DNA of 64,000 bases from positions 69,442,001 through 69,506,000 of the forward strand of contig NW_024704742.1 of assembly GCF_018977255.1 (NCBI RefSeq). The letters run 5' to 3'. This stretch comes from Callorhinchus milii. Lineage: Eukaryota. Within the stretch, counting starts at the first letter, position 1. The number at the start of each line of letters is the position of its first letter. Below, piece by piece: positions 24,201 to 34,284 of the stretch. The position numbers were made by a program, and so were the translations under genes. The notes under the pieces are model-generated. The model did not search any database, was not told the origin of the DNA, and worked only from the letters and a program-made list of their open reading frames with translations.

Positions 24201-25994
24201 TGATTCCAAGTCCACTGATCATCCTGACTGCCTACATCCCCAGATCTTCTGTTCAGCAAACCTAGACCTAAGTCTAGTGTGTGTTTACCTGCGCTGCCCC
24301 CCACACCCCCAACCATCCTTAGTGACCAAGCCTTCCCACAACTACACCCCAACTTCTGGTACTCCCTCTTGAAATTTCGTTAAGAACCTAGCTTTACTGC
24401 TGACTGCTGTCGCCTCTTTCCTCTATTGCTCCGTGTCCAATTCTGTGATGTTATTCTTTGTAAAGGGCAATAAGCAAACACTTTGTGGTGGTGGGTTCTT
24501 GTATAATGATAATCCTACCATTTGATGTAGCACCTTATCACGTCATTGAGACACCTCAAAGCCCTTCAGAAAATATGCTGTAAAGTGAGGGCGAAACAGG
24601 CAGCAAATTGTGCAGAGCAGTGGATTGTGGATTGAGTGACAACTATTATTATTTGTTGTTATTCTTGGTGATGGTACATAAGACTTTTGTTCATCTCAAG
24701 CTTATGCTGACTTTAAACAATGCTGGAAACTGCATCCTGCATTTAGTCAACCAACTCTTGCTGCTTCCAGGTGTCGTTTCCTAAGGGAGAAGGACCGGGA
24801 CCTCAATGGCACTAACTACCCGAAGCTACACTACCCAGAGCTGTATATATTGAAAGGCGGCTACAGGGAATTCTTTCCAAATTTTAAGGTAAAGGTTACT
24901 TGCGTTCCCTCTCCAGTAGCGTAGGGCAGGATGGTCCAACTGGCGGCCCAAGGGCCGATTTCATCTGCACACCCCATCTCAATTTCATCTGGCCCACTGG
25001 CTCCCTCCATAACCTGGAAATGTTATGTTTCTGGAAGGAAAATACCAAAATATTTCTTTTGGGGCCCGCAGATATTTCTCAAATAGGGCATCTGGCCCTC
25101 AGTAGCCAAAAGGTTAGACCACCCTGGCTGTCATAGGGTATTGATGCTAATCAATGACAGGTCTGTTTTCAACCCTACCAATCTGGACAGCTTCATCTCC
25201 CCCACCCTATCTGCTCCACTATTGGTGGGCGGGCTTTCAGCTATTCTGCCCCTACTCTTTTGATGTAGAAATGAGAGGTCTTTTCGGCAGTCATGCCTGC
25301 TGGTGCTATCTCCACCACTGAGCATTCTACTCCAATCTCATTCTGTAGTTCTTTTTTTCTCATCTCCCCTCCCCTCAATACCTTTATTCATTTGTCCAAA
25401 TTTCCATTTTAATAGCATTCAAAATTATGAGGGGTTTAAGTAAAATAAGAAGAAACTGTTTCCACTAGTGGAGGGGGGTTGGTAACCAAAGCACACTGAT
25501 TTAAGGTAATTGGCAAAAGAACCAGAGGGAAAACCAGGCAAATTTGTTTTAATCATCTAGTTGTGACCTGGAATGCACTGCCTGAAAGTGATGGAAGCAG
25601 ATTCAATAATAACTTTCAATGGGCATAGATAGGATATATACTTGAAAAGAAAAAAATTGCAGGGGCTATGGAGAAAGGGAGGCAGTGGGAATAGTTTGGT
25701 AGCTCCTTCGAAGAGGCCACACAAGCAAAATGGCCTCCTTCTGTGCTGTAAGATTCTATGATTCTATAAATGCTATTTATTAGCTTTGCATCAGCAGCTC
25801 TATCAACCTCCTGTTTATATAAAAAAAAGCCATTCTCTCTTCCTTCGACCTAGATACACTGTGAGCCCCAGAGTTATCGGCCAATGCATCACGAAGACTT
25901 CAAAGATGACCTGCGCCAATTCCGTGTGAAGAGCAGAACATGGGCGGGAGAACGGAGCAAGAGGGACATGTACAGCCGCCTCAAGAAACTATGA
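3011..25994 (+). CDS. CDC25B: M-phase inducer phosphatase 2 (Cdc25B), 16 coding exons, 1689 nt, 562 aa
   Basis: Exons join in frame: 3011-3210, 6907-6983, 9240-9291, 13829-13870, 15214-15247, 16258-16371, 17305-17415, 18250-18378, 18790-18882, 19745-19924, 21073-21174, 21904-21966, 22508-22606, 23405-23538, 24771-24888, 25854-25994. Motifs: DCRYPYEY and HCEFSSER rhodanese active site, KEN box, DDGFLE degron, LFRSPSLP 14-3-3 site. B rather than A from RSPSLP, DAG, the FEKAI exon and adjacency to AP5S1. Confidence 0.9.
3241..3945. repeat. TA/TG-rich minisatellite in CDC25B intron 1
   Basis: Tandem units like tatatatctatagtctgtgtatatatagtgtgtg. Confidence 0.9.
4075..4460 (+). mobile_element. 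L2-clade LINE 3' fragment
   Basis: Encodes ...[17 protein letters not shown]...; tail gggacgtcctcctgacgtgaaaggcgctctataaat. Confidence 0.8.
6907..6983 (+). CDS. CDC25B: CDC25B exon 2 ([26 protein letters not shown])
   Basis: tag| acceptor, G|gtcagt donor, phase matches; SDSDAG degron-like motif. Confidence 0.85.
8005..8728 (+). mobile_element. L2-clade LINE 3' fragment
   Basis: Degenerate SRLDY, LQIIQN and RIQFKIL motifs followed by an L2-type tail. Confidence 0.8.
9240..9291 (+). CDS. CDC25B: CDC25B exon 3 ([17 protein letters not shown])
   Basis: cag| acceptor, |gtgagt donor; GLCMDSPSP is the CDC25B motif. Confidence 0.9.
13829..13870 (+). CDS. CDC25B: CDC25B exon 4 ([13 protein letters not shown])
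   Basis: 42-nt exon, cag| and |gtaagt; resembles human CDC25B FEQAIQAASRII. Confidence 0.8.
14557..14915 (+). mobile_element. tRNA(Ala-like)-headed SINE, long (older) subfamily
   Basis: A/B-box head, central gcctctgtttacc..gcagtaagtagg segment, L2-like tail with (TTA)n; many copies in the window. Confidence 0.85.
15214..15247 (+). CDS. CDC25B: CDC25B exon 5 ([11 protein letters not shown])
   Basis: Long pyrimidine tract plus tag|, |gtaagc donor; RRxxSxP phospho-site. Confidence 0.85.
16258..16371 (+). CDS. CDC25B: CDC25B exon 6 ([11 protein letters not shown]...NKEN)
   Basis: tag| and |gtaagt; RLLG.SP motif and KEN box. Confidence 0.9.
17305..17415 (+). CDS. CDC25B: CDC25B exon 7 ([11 protein letters not shown]...RSNSAPELM), GC donor
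   Basis: cag| acceptor; homology ends at SAPELM followed by |gcaagt. Confidence 0.8.
18250..18378 (+). CDS. CDC25B: CDC25B exon 8 (...[16 protein letters not shown])
   Basis: cag| and |gtaaga; DDGF motif. Confidence 0.9.
18790..18882 (+). CDS. CDC25B: CDC25B exon 9 ([18 protein letters not shown]...)
   Basis: cag| and |gtgaat; P.GMESL..APLV motif. Confidence 0.9.
19745..19924 (+). CDS. CDC25B: CDC25B exon 10 (LFRSPSLP...KPILKR...KNKRRRS)
   Basis: aag| and |gtgagt; 14-3-3 site and bipartite NLS. Confidence 0.88.
21073..21174 (+). CDS. CDC25B: CDC25B exon 11 ([12 protein letters not shown]...LIGDFTK)
   Basis: cag| and |gtaagt; RSKS and LIGDF motifs. Confidence 0.9.
21904..21966 (+). CDS. 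CDC25B: CDC25B exon 12 ([21 protein letters not shown])
   Basis: cag| and |gtaagt; start of the catalytic domain. Confidence 0.92.
22508..22606 (+). CDS. CDC25B: CDC25B exon 13 (...[15 protein letters not shown])
   Basis: cag| and |gtaagc; DCR motif. Confidence 0.95.
23405..23538 (+). CDS. CDC25B: CDC25B exon 14 (...[12 protein letters not shown])
   Basis: cag| and |gtaagt; CX5R active site. Confidence 0.95.
23670..24022 (+). mobile_element. tRNA(Ala-like)-headed SINE, long subfamily
   Basis: ggagtcctatagctcagtggttagagcactc head through ...aatgcaaggattatta tail. Confidence 0.85.
24771..24888 (+). CDS. CDC25B: CDC25B exon 15 ([39 protein letters not shown])
   Basis: cag| and |gtaaag; [11 protein letters not shown] motif. 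Confidence 0.95.
24927..25126. mobile_element. hAT/Charlie-like MITE
   Basis: TIRs caggatggtccaac and gttagaccaccctg (12/14 complementary); internal ggccc motifs; no clean 8-bp TSD. Confidence 0.65.
25415..25766 (+). mobile_element. CR1 LINE 3' end
   Basis: Typical CR1 3' sequence ending in gattctatgattctat. Confidence 0.8.
25854..25994 (+). CDS. CDC25B: CDC25B exon 16 ([11 protein letters not shown]...[20 protein letters not shown])
   Basis: tag| acceptor; stop TGA at 25992-25994. Confidence 0.95.
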   Translation: MHCEPQSYRPMHHEDFKDDLRQFRVKSRTWAGERSKRDMYSRLKKL

Positions 25995-28255
25995 GGGTGG
26001 CAGTGTGTAACTGTTTGAGTGGTGGAACCTTTTCCCTGCCTTCTGGAATGCTGTACACTAAATCCCTTAGATCATTGCTTGCCGGTGGACACGGCTTTAA
26101 ATTGGGGGTAAATGTGTGTAGGCATCGGCCAGTTCCTGCAACAAGGTGGTTGTATATTGTCTGTTGTCAGACCTGGTTGTGACTCGCACTCTTGGTAAGG
26201 TGGGCAGGGACCACAGATGACACTTTTTTTATGTACATATTTTTTTAAATCCCTGAACCTCCTAAGGAACAAATTTAAAACTAGTCCATATCTGTGCAAA
26301 ACTGGGATTATCTCCTGCATAAAAAGGTTACGATACAATCAGATTTTTTTCCCCTGCCCCTCCCCCCCTCTACATGTAAACTTTCTATCAAGCTTATTGA
26401 AAGCTGTGATGCCTGTGTGAGTTGTGGCCTGTCTTGTCAGATGAGTGCTCTCTCAACAGATTGGCCCAATTGCATGAATAATGACTCAAGGAGCAAGAGG
26501 GTGAGATCAGCTTCCATCATGTGAGGCTGAGGTGTCAATAGATTTTATTTTGGGGAGTGTTGGACTTAATGTATATAAAACTTTTTAATTGACTTAATAT
26601 AAATTCCAGTATCACTGCCGGTTTATTTCCCTTTTTGGTTCTGACGTAGATTAAAGGGGAATTTGTGTTACAAGCTAACAATTTCCTTTTTTTAAAAAAA
26701 ATCTTAGATCTGAGATTAGGTAAAAGCTTCCTGGTTTGCGGCTCCGTTCTGCTCTTCCTCTGGGCTGGTTGCACTTACAAAAACCTGGTGTGCTTTTGGA
26801 TTAGTATCCTGTAACCAGCCCAATCGAAAGCTGCCCCAAACTTTTTTTTAAAAAAAGTGTGATCGTTAAAAAAAGAAATTGGGATGGCTTTTTTTCTTTA
26901 GCCCCTTTTAAGCCATTTCCTTTAGCAGAAATTTCACAGCACTTAAAATGGATTCAGTCGAGAGTCAACTGGAGATGCAAAACTCTTATCTTGTTGACTG
27001 TCATGGTTTGAGTGCATTGTGCAAAGCCCAAAACATTTTTAGTGTAAACTTTCAGTATTTAAGCATGCAATTTAACAATGTTTTTGCTATTCGCCCCTTC
27101 TGTCAACCCCCCACAATGACTTTAACCACTAGTTATTTAAAATCAGGTGAATAAGTGCAGCAATGAAAGAATGTTTTTTTTAAAAGGGTAGCAGGGGAGT
27201 TGCATTTGTGAGTTTCCAGTTTAGAGACTAATTGAATAGGGAGTGAAACGTCCCATTATAAGTGCCCACTTTCACTGCTATCAAACTTACATTTTTTTTA
27301 ACTTCACTATTCAGTGTTGAGGTTTTTGCCTTGCTCTGAAATGAGGCCCGATCATCATTTATGAATTCCATCATTTGTGCATGTGTCTTTATATACACAT
27401 TTGTGTTTTTTATATATAAAAAAAATCACTTGTGTTTTTTTCTGTGCACACCAGAGAAATTGAGATCAGCTGTAAAGAATTTCCAAGACTAGTAACCTTT
27501 CCAATAACGTGAACTATATCTAACTCTGGGATTTTTCAAACAAGCATTCAAGTTGGGTGCAGTGTTTTTTCAGGACCTGCAAATATCACTCTTTCACATT
27601 CAAACCTGTAGGTTTCAACAGGTCTGGCCTTCAAAGTGTCTGATGTCCATTTTGTTTCCTTTTTCAACCACCCTATTACACATATGTACAACTAAAGGAG
27701 CCTGAATTGTTTTAAATAGGACCTACAATGTTGTACTTGCCATCTCTCCACATGTGTATGGGGGGAAATATTTGTACAGTCCCTCACTTTGATTTCTATT
27801 TATGGACCCAACCAAGTTAACTTATTGCTCTACTCTACCACACAGAGGTATGTGCATCTTCTCTCCTTGAGAATTCTGTGACATTGATTACCTTTTCCCA
27901 ATGACTTGTGGGCAGGTCAGGTTTTTTTGAACTACTCTGGTCTCTTCACTGCCTAATTAAAAAGATCAAAGCATTTTTGTTTATACATGTACAACTTTTG
28001 GCAACCTTTGAGCTACTTGAATAGGTTTCAAATGTGAAAACTGACTTGGGTCTTCCCTGTGCCTTTTTTTGTGTGGAGGGAGGGTGACGGGTTTAACCAT
28101 TGTGGAAGTAAATGTGATGCGAATGGCTGTGTGATTGGGGAGAGGGTGGGAGTTGGCTGGATGTGTTGCTTCCTGCAAAAGCTACTGCACATATGGTTTC
28201 ATTGTATGCTGTACAGAGATTCACCTGCCAGTGGTAGCCTACCTGCCTCAAGTGC

Positions 28256-28261
28256 AATAAA
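28256..28261 (+). terminator. Probable CDC25B poly(A) signal
   Basis: AATAAA at the end of ~2.3 kb of repeat-free 3' sequence, followed by a GT-rich tract; repeats resume just after. Confidence 0.6.
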
Positions 28262-31200
28262 TGGCTACAGATAGCAAAAGTGTTGTGGACTTCTTAGTTT
28301 GTGTCTCGGCCTGGGTTAGAGTCGCCTCTGCATTCACTGCACTTCATTCCTGGTCATCTCTGCGCTCGCTACGCTGACTCAATGAAAGTTGCTGTGTGTA
28401 AATTGGCTGCTGTGTTTGCCTGCAAAATTAGTCACAGGACTTTACAGAACTTCCTTTCAAACACTGAGACTTCTTGACAACATAAGCTGCTATATCAAAT
28501 GCAAGGATTATTAATGTTGATGGGAAATAACCACCCTTGGAATGTTGCAGCACAGAATATGCTCATCGGGTCCCATTGATTCCTGTAGTGCACGTTACCA
28601 TGCTCTCCTCTCAAGCGAGAGGACCCAGATTCGATTCCCGGTTGGGACGAAACCTTAGGCAAATTTGTCACTCCATATGCCTATGTTTACTTTGCAGTAA
28701 GTGTGAACCTGATTATTAGCCAATTGGTAGATCACTTTCTGGGAGTAATCAATTCATGACTGGGACACTGGCTGCCATATTCCACCCACAGTCAATCCAC
28801 TTTAAAACCTATTCTGTGAAGTGCTTTGAAATGTCTCAATAGTCCTTGCTTGTCATGTCGTCAAGACATCTCAAAGAGCTTCATGATTATAATTTTTATC
28901 AACTCAAGTGTTTTCTCCATGAGAGCCACCTCATTGCTTCCCACTCCATCTAGCTCCCTCTTACCTTTTATGTTTATAATTCTTATTGTATTCTTTCTCT
29001 TTCTCCCCCCCCCCCCCTTTCCCATCTTAGAAATACATGGAGACATTGGGCCCAACTTGACTGCTGATGTTTATTCTCCATGTGGCCTGATCCCTCCTCC
29101 TACTTCCCTACCTATATTCCTCTGCTCCCTTCTCTCATGTATATAAGTTTCCTCTAAATATATTAATACTTTGTACTTCAACCAATTTCTGCAGTGAGTT
29201 CCACATCCTTCACGCCCTCGGTAAAGAGTTTCCTCCTAAGCTCTTAGAATCTGCTACAGTAGTGTTTATTTGTCCTTTGTTTTGGACTGGGTGGGTACAG
29301 CTCACTTGGTGCCTTCCTGTTGGCTTTTTAGCAAAGTTTGCACTGTGAAATGAACTGAGTCATCACCGCCTTCAGTACTTTATTCACTTCACTAAAGAAT
29401 GTTTTACTAACTACACTGGCACGAGGCCAGGTCATGAAAGTCTGAAGATGCTATAGAAATGTAGTTTGTGGTTGTCTGTTCAGGTGGACATCCCATCAGA
29501 TAGAGGCAGTTTCTCCTGGGAGAAAGGAAAGTTGGTTGTTCACTTTGTGGCTGGTTGTGGGACATTGCTGTGTGCAAACCGGCTGTTGCGTTCACCAAAA
29601 AATACGCAGGTCACTATTTACAGTAAATGCTGGGAAGCTCTTTGAGATGTTCTAACAAGAAATATCACTGCTATAATCACTCTAAATGCAAGGGTTATTA
29701 TTCTATAATGTTTGCCTTGTATGTCTACAAAAATACATCCTTGAACTCACGTAGTCTTAACTGATGCTCTAATGCAGTGCGGGGGTGGGGGTGTTGAATT
29801 GTTGGATGTACTGTCTTGGATGAGATGTTTAACTGAGGTCCATCTGCTTGTTCAGGTGGACGTTAAAGATCCCATAACACTATTCGTAAAGGGGAGTTTG
29901 TTTCTCCCAATGTACTGGCCAACAATCCCCCAAATAAAATTCTTCATTGGTTTCATGGTTGTTTATGGGACATTGATTGTGCGCAATTGTGCTAACGAGT
30001 TTGCCTACAAATACAAGTACCTCCATTTCACAGCATTTATATTTTTGTATATTTTATTTATGTTTAACTCACATGCCCACTGCATCCATGTCTGCAGTCT
30101 CTCTTCCCAACCATGTCTGCAGTCTGTCTATGATTACAGTGGTGAGACATCACCTTGTTGACGAGTATCAACAAGATAATAATAATCCCTCCAAAAAAAA
30201 CCAAAAAACAATAATAAAAAAAAAATTGGGTCATTTTCAATCTACGACTGTTTGTGGGACATTGCTGTGCGCAATTGGCTGCCGCGTTCGCCCACAAATA
30301 TACAGTCAATTCACTTTACAGTGTGTTCTGTGAAGCGCTTTGGGACGTCCTCCCGACGTGAAAAGCGCTATATCAAATGCAAGGATTATTATTATTATTA
30401 TTATTATTATTTATATGTGGCGCCCCTCACGCAAGGTAACATCCCAGAGCGCTAGGATTTGGCAAGGATTATTATTATTACTTGACAGCAATTGCCTGGG
30501 AAACACTTTGAGATACTGTGACATTGAAACGTGCTTTCAGATGTTTTGATGTTGTGAAGCGCTGCATCAAACACGAGGATGGAGTGGAGTCCTGTAGGAT
30601 AATAGAGCACTCGCCTCTCAAGCAAGAGGACCCGGATTCAATTCCTGGGTGAGAAATGTTAGGCAAGTTTCCTTACTCCACATGCCTGGTTACCTAGCAG
30701 TAAGGAGGAACCTGGCTGTTAGGCTATTAGCGGATCACTTGCCAAAGTTAATAATACCTTCAAAATAATAATGTGGTCACTCAATCCACAACTTTGTGGG
30801 ACACTGCTATGCGGAATTGGCTGCCGTGGTTCGCCCACAAAATATAAGGAAAATTTACAGTAAATTTTGTGAAACGCTTTGAGATGGATTAGTTTATTAT
30901 GATTACAGGACTTCCCCAAGCAAGCTGCATGCTGGTGGCAGTGAAATGTTACACGGTTAAAAATGTAGTGCGCACCTCTATTAATTTGTACCTGAAAATA
31001 ACCGAGCCAAACTGCCACGCCTTGTTGACACAGTTTGCTGCCTTCATTCAAATTTGTGATAGCGCTGGGGTTCAGGAAGGTAGCAATGGGCGTGGTTACA
31101 CCCACGCTAACGGCTAAATTCTCTAATCTGCTGTGTAACTAGGTGTCACCTAACCATATGATGTTACAAGCCATCCTACACCCTTCCGACCACAGGCACA

Positions 31201-33896
31201 CCAAACATGCTGTCAGGCTCTTAATATAAGCTTTCAATGTTTCTTTAAACATCTGCCACATCCATTGGACACAAGCTGGTTAGACTCCAGCAGTTACCCC
31301 AGTGCACACTCGGGTCCCCAAACCTTGGCTCTTGCCAACCTGCAACCTAATGCTCTCTGGAATTAAGTAAACAGAATAGCTGCACAGTCCTTCAGATGAA
31401 AAAATAGATCTGTTCGGCTTGTTCATTGGGGATGTTAAAATTTGCCATGATACATTTTGAAAAAAAGGGAAAGGATTTTCTCCTGGTATCCTGACTGAAA
31501 ATCATAATAATAATAATAATAATACTTGCATTTGATCCCTTCACTCCCTGGCACCTCCCTAGCTCTCTGACCTTCTCACTCCCCAATTCACCACTCTGCT
31601 AAACTGGCACTGGCCTCCTGCTTGTACCTCGCACGCTCCACCGTCGGAGGTCGGGCTTTCAGCCACCACGCCCCAAAACTTTGGAATACTCTCCTTCAAT
31701 CCCTCTTCCTTGCCCTCTCTCCCCTTTTTCAAGTCCTGTCTGAAAACCTTCCTTTTCAACCGTGCTTACGGCCACCTTCCCACACCCCTGGCTCGGAATC
31801 AACATTAATCTTGGTTTAAAATCTTATCTGACGGCACCTCCAACCATACAATGTTCCCCAGTTTGGAGCATCAGCCTAGACTAATGTGGCCAGCAGACGG
31901 TCCGCACCCAGCCCGGCGGGTGATTCTATTCGGCCCGAGACCATTTCAATAATCTACACTGCGCACGCGTAACTCAATGCAGCCGGTAAGTGCGAATGTG
32001 GTACTGAATCGTGGGAAATATAGTCTTGACCCATCACCGCATGCGCACTTACCGGCAAGCGTTGGAATAACATTGAATCGCGGGAAATTAAGTCCTTCTG
32101 CACATGGGTCAACAGATTCGGACGTCATTTGCCGCGATTCAATGCAGCCTGTAAGCGTAGGAGTAATGGAGGATAGGGGAGCGGCGTTACGAGTTAGAGG
32201 TTGATAAATAAGGAGTGCAAAAAAAACAAAGTAGTTTTATAGCAGACTGAAAGTGCCTCAAGTGCACGTACGACTTGGGCGATTATACAATTTATAAAGA
32301 TAAGACTCATATGAGTTTTCCTGTAATAAAAAAAATCCATAATTTGATATAATGCCTTTCAGTCAGGCTGACTCAGAGGAGAAAAGAGGTCGAATCAATC
32401 CCCCGTAGTCCGGTTCCTGAGCCAGGAATGTCTGCAAGACCCACCCAGCCACGTCTACTCCACCTCTCCAACCTCCAACAATCATACTGATCCCTCCGCT
32501 CCTTTCACTCCACTATCCTGGCCAACAATCTCCCCCTCCAATAAAATCATTGTAATTGAAGGTGGGAGAGGATACTGAGGAGGATATGTCAATCAGGTTC
32601 AATGGTAGCACACTTGAGTCAGAAGGTTGTGGGTTCAAGCCCCAATTCGGGCTCCAGTGCTGGGACTTTGCTGTGCGCAATTGTGCTGCTGCGTTTCCTC
32701 ACAAAATAGTCACTCCATTTCACAGTAAATCCTGTGCAGCACTTTGAGATGTCTTTTTGACTTGATAAGGTGCGAGATTAAATGCAAGGATTATTATTAT
32801 AGTGCCGCGGGTCTTTAACATTCACCTGAACAGGCGAACAGGACCTCGGTTTAACATCTCATCTGAAAGACTACACTTTCAACAACGGTGCACACCCCCA
32901 GCACTGCTTTAGAATGGCAGGTGAACACGGCGGCCAATTTTGCACACAGCAATGGCCCACAAACGGCCTTTAAACGAACAATCAGTTTTATCTGGGGAAT
33001 TGTTGGCCAGGACACCAAGAGAAAGAAACTCCCTTCTCTTTTGTATCTTTAAATCTCACCTTAAGAATGACCTCTTTGAGGCGCTTATGGTTACCTTCCC
33101 TCCCCCCTCTCTCTCTCCCTCAGCATCCAAACCCACTACAGTACAGAGCTCCGAGACGCTATCCTGCACGAAGGGTTTTTGTATAAATGCAAGTTGTTAG
33201 TATCATTCACTATATGGCCGTTTTTAACAGCTGCTGTGTGCAAATAGACTGCACATGTTCACCTGCAAATACACAGTCACTATACTTGACTAATTGCTTT
33301 GACATGTTTGCTTAAGGTGATACAAAAATGCAAGTTTCCTTCCTCACTGCAGTGACATTGGAGGATGTTAATTTGATTCCATCTAGTGGAGGCTGAACAA
33401 AGTGCAACTCTTTAACCCAGATGTCTTTACAGCTCGAGTTTAAAAACCGCCGACAGTAGAGCAGACCGGACGGGGGACGTGAAGTAGACAAGTGCCTGCA
33501 GAGTGGAGAGGTTGGTAAATTTGTATTAGATCGTAGAGGTACGGAGGAGCAAGACCTCAGAGGGCTTTAAAGGTGAGGACAAGGATCTTGAACTTGGTTC
33601 TCTGGAGGATGGGAATGCAGAAGACCTTTAACCCATTTTTCTTAAATCTCATCCTCCCGGAACACCCATACTACAAGCCTCCAATCACAGCTTTACTTGG
33701 GCGATTATACAATCCACATAGCTTGCCATTGAGAACACTGCCGGGCGAGCTTTCCCGCTGGTTGTCCATCCAGGACCTTACTACTCTAACCATTAGGACT
33801 TTAGTTTGCAGGGTTAACAGGAGCTGAGTGGAATGACTTACTGTCCCCAGTGACTGTTCTGCCCTTCCAAGTCCTGCCGATGAGCCAGGCTGGGCT

Positions 33897-34210
33897 GTGG
33901 AGTCCTGTAGCTCAGTGGTTAGAGCACTCACTTTGCAAGTGAGAGACCTGAGTTCAATTCCAGGCAGAGGGCGAAACCGTGGGCAAGTTTCCTTACTCCA
34001 CACAGAGCCTAATAATAAACCCTCCAAAACCAAAAACAATAATAAATTGGTCATTTTCAATCTATGACTGTTTGTGGGACATTGCTGTGCGCAATTGGCT
34101 GCCGCGTTCGCCCACAAATATACAGTCAATTCACTTTACAGTGTGTTCTGTGAAGCGCTTTGGGACGTCCTCCCGACGTGAAAAGCGCTATATCAAATGC
34201 AAGGATAATG
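33897..34210 (+). mobile_element. tRNA(Ala-like)-headed SINE, young short subfamily
   Basis: Near-identical to 60417-60730(-), 61114-61438(+) and the partial copy at 30180-30411. Confidence 0.9.
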
Positions 34211-34284
34211 CAAGGATAATGTGGTGTCATCAGCAGTGCCTTGGAATACTGCGGAGCCACCTGGCTCAGGAACTGGACTAGAGT

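Noticed and set aside
3011..25994. Calling the gene CDC25A
   Set aside because: Despite the A-like C-terminus, the RSPSLP site, [12 protein letters not shown], the FEKAI exon and AP5S1 adjacency favour CDC25B.
33897..33965. tRNA-Ala(TGC) gene (also at 23670, 60660-60730 and 61114)
   Set aside because: The A/B boxes continue into a SINE body and there is no acceptor stem; these are SINE heads.
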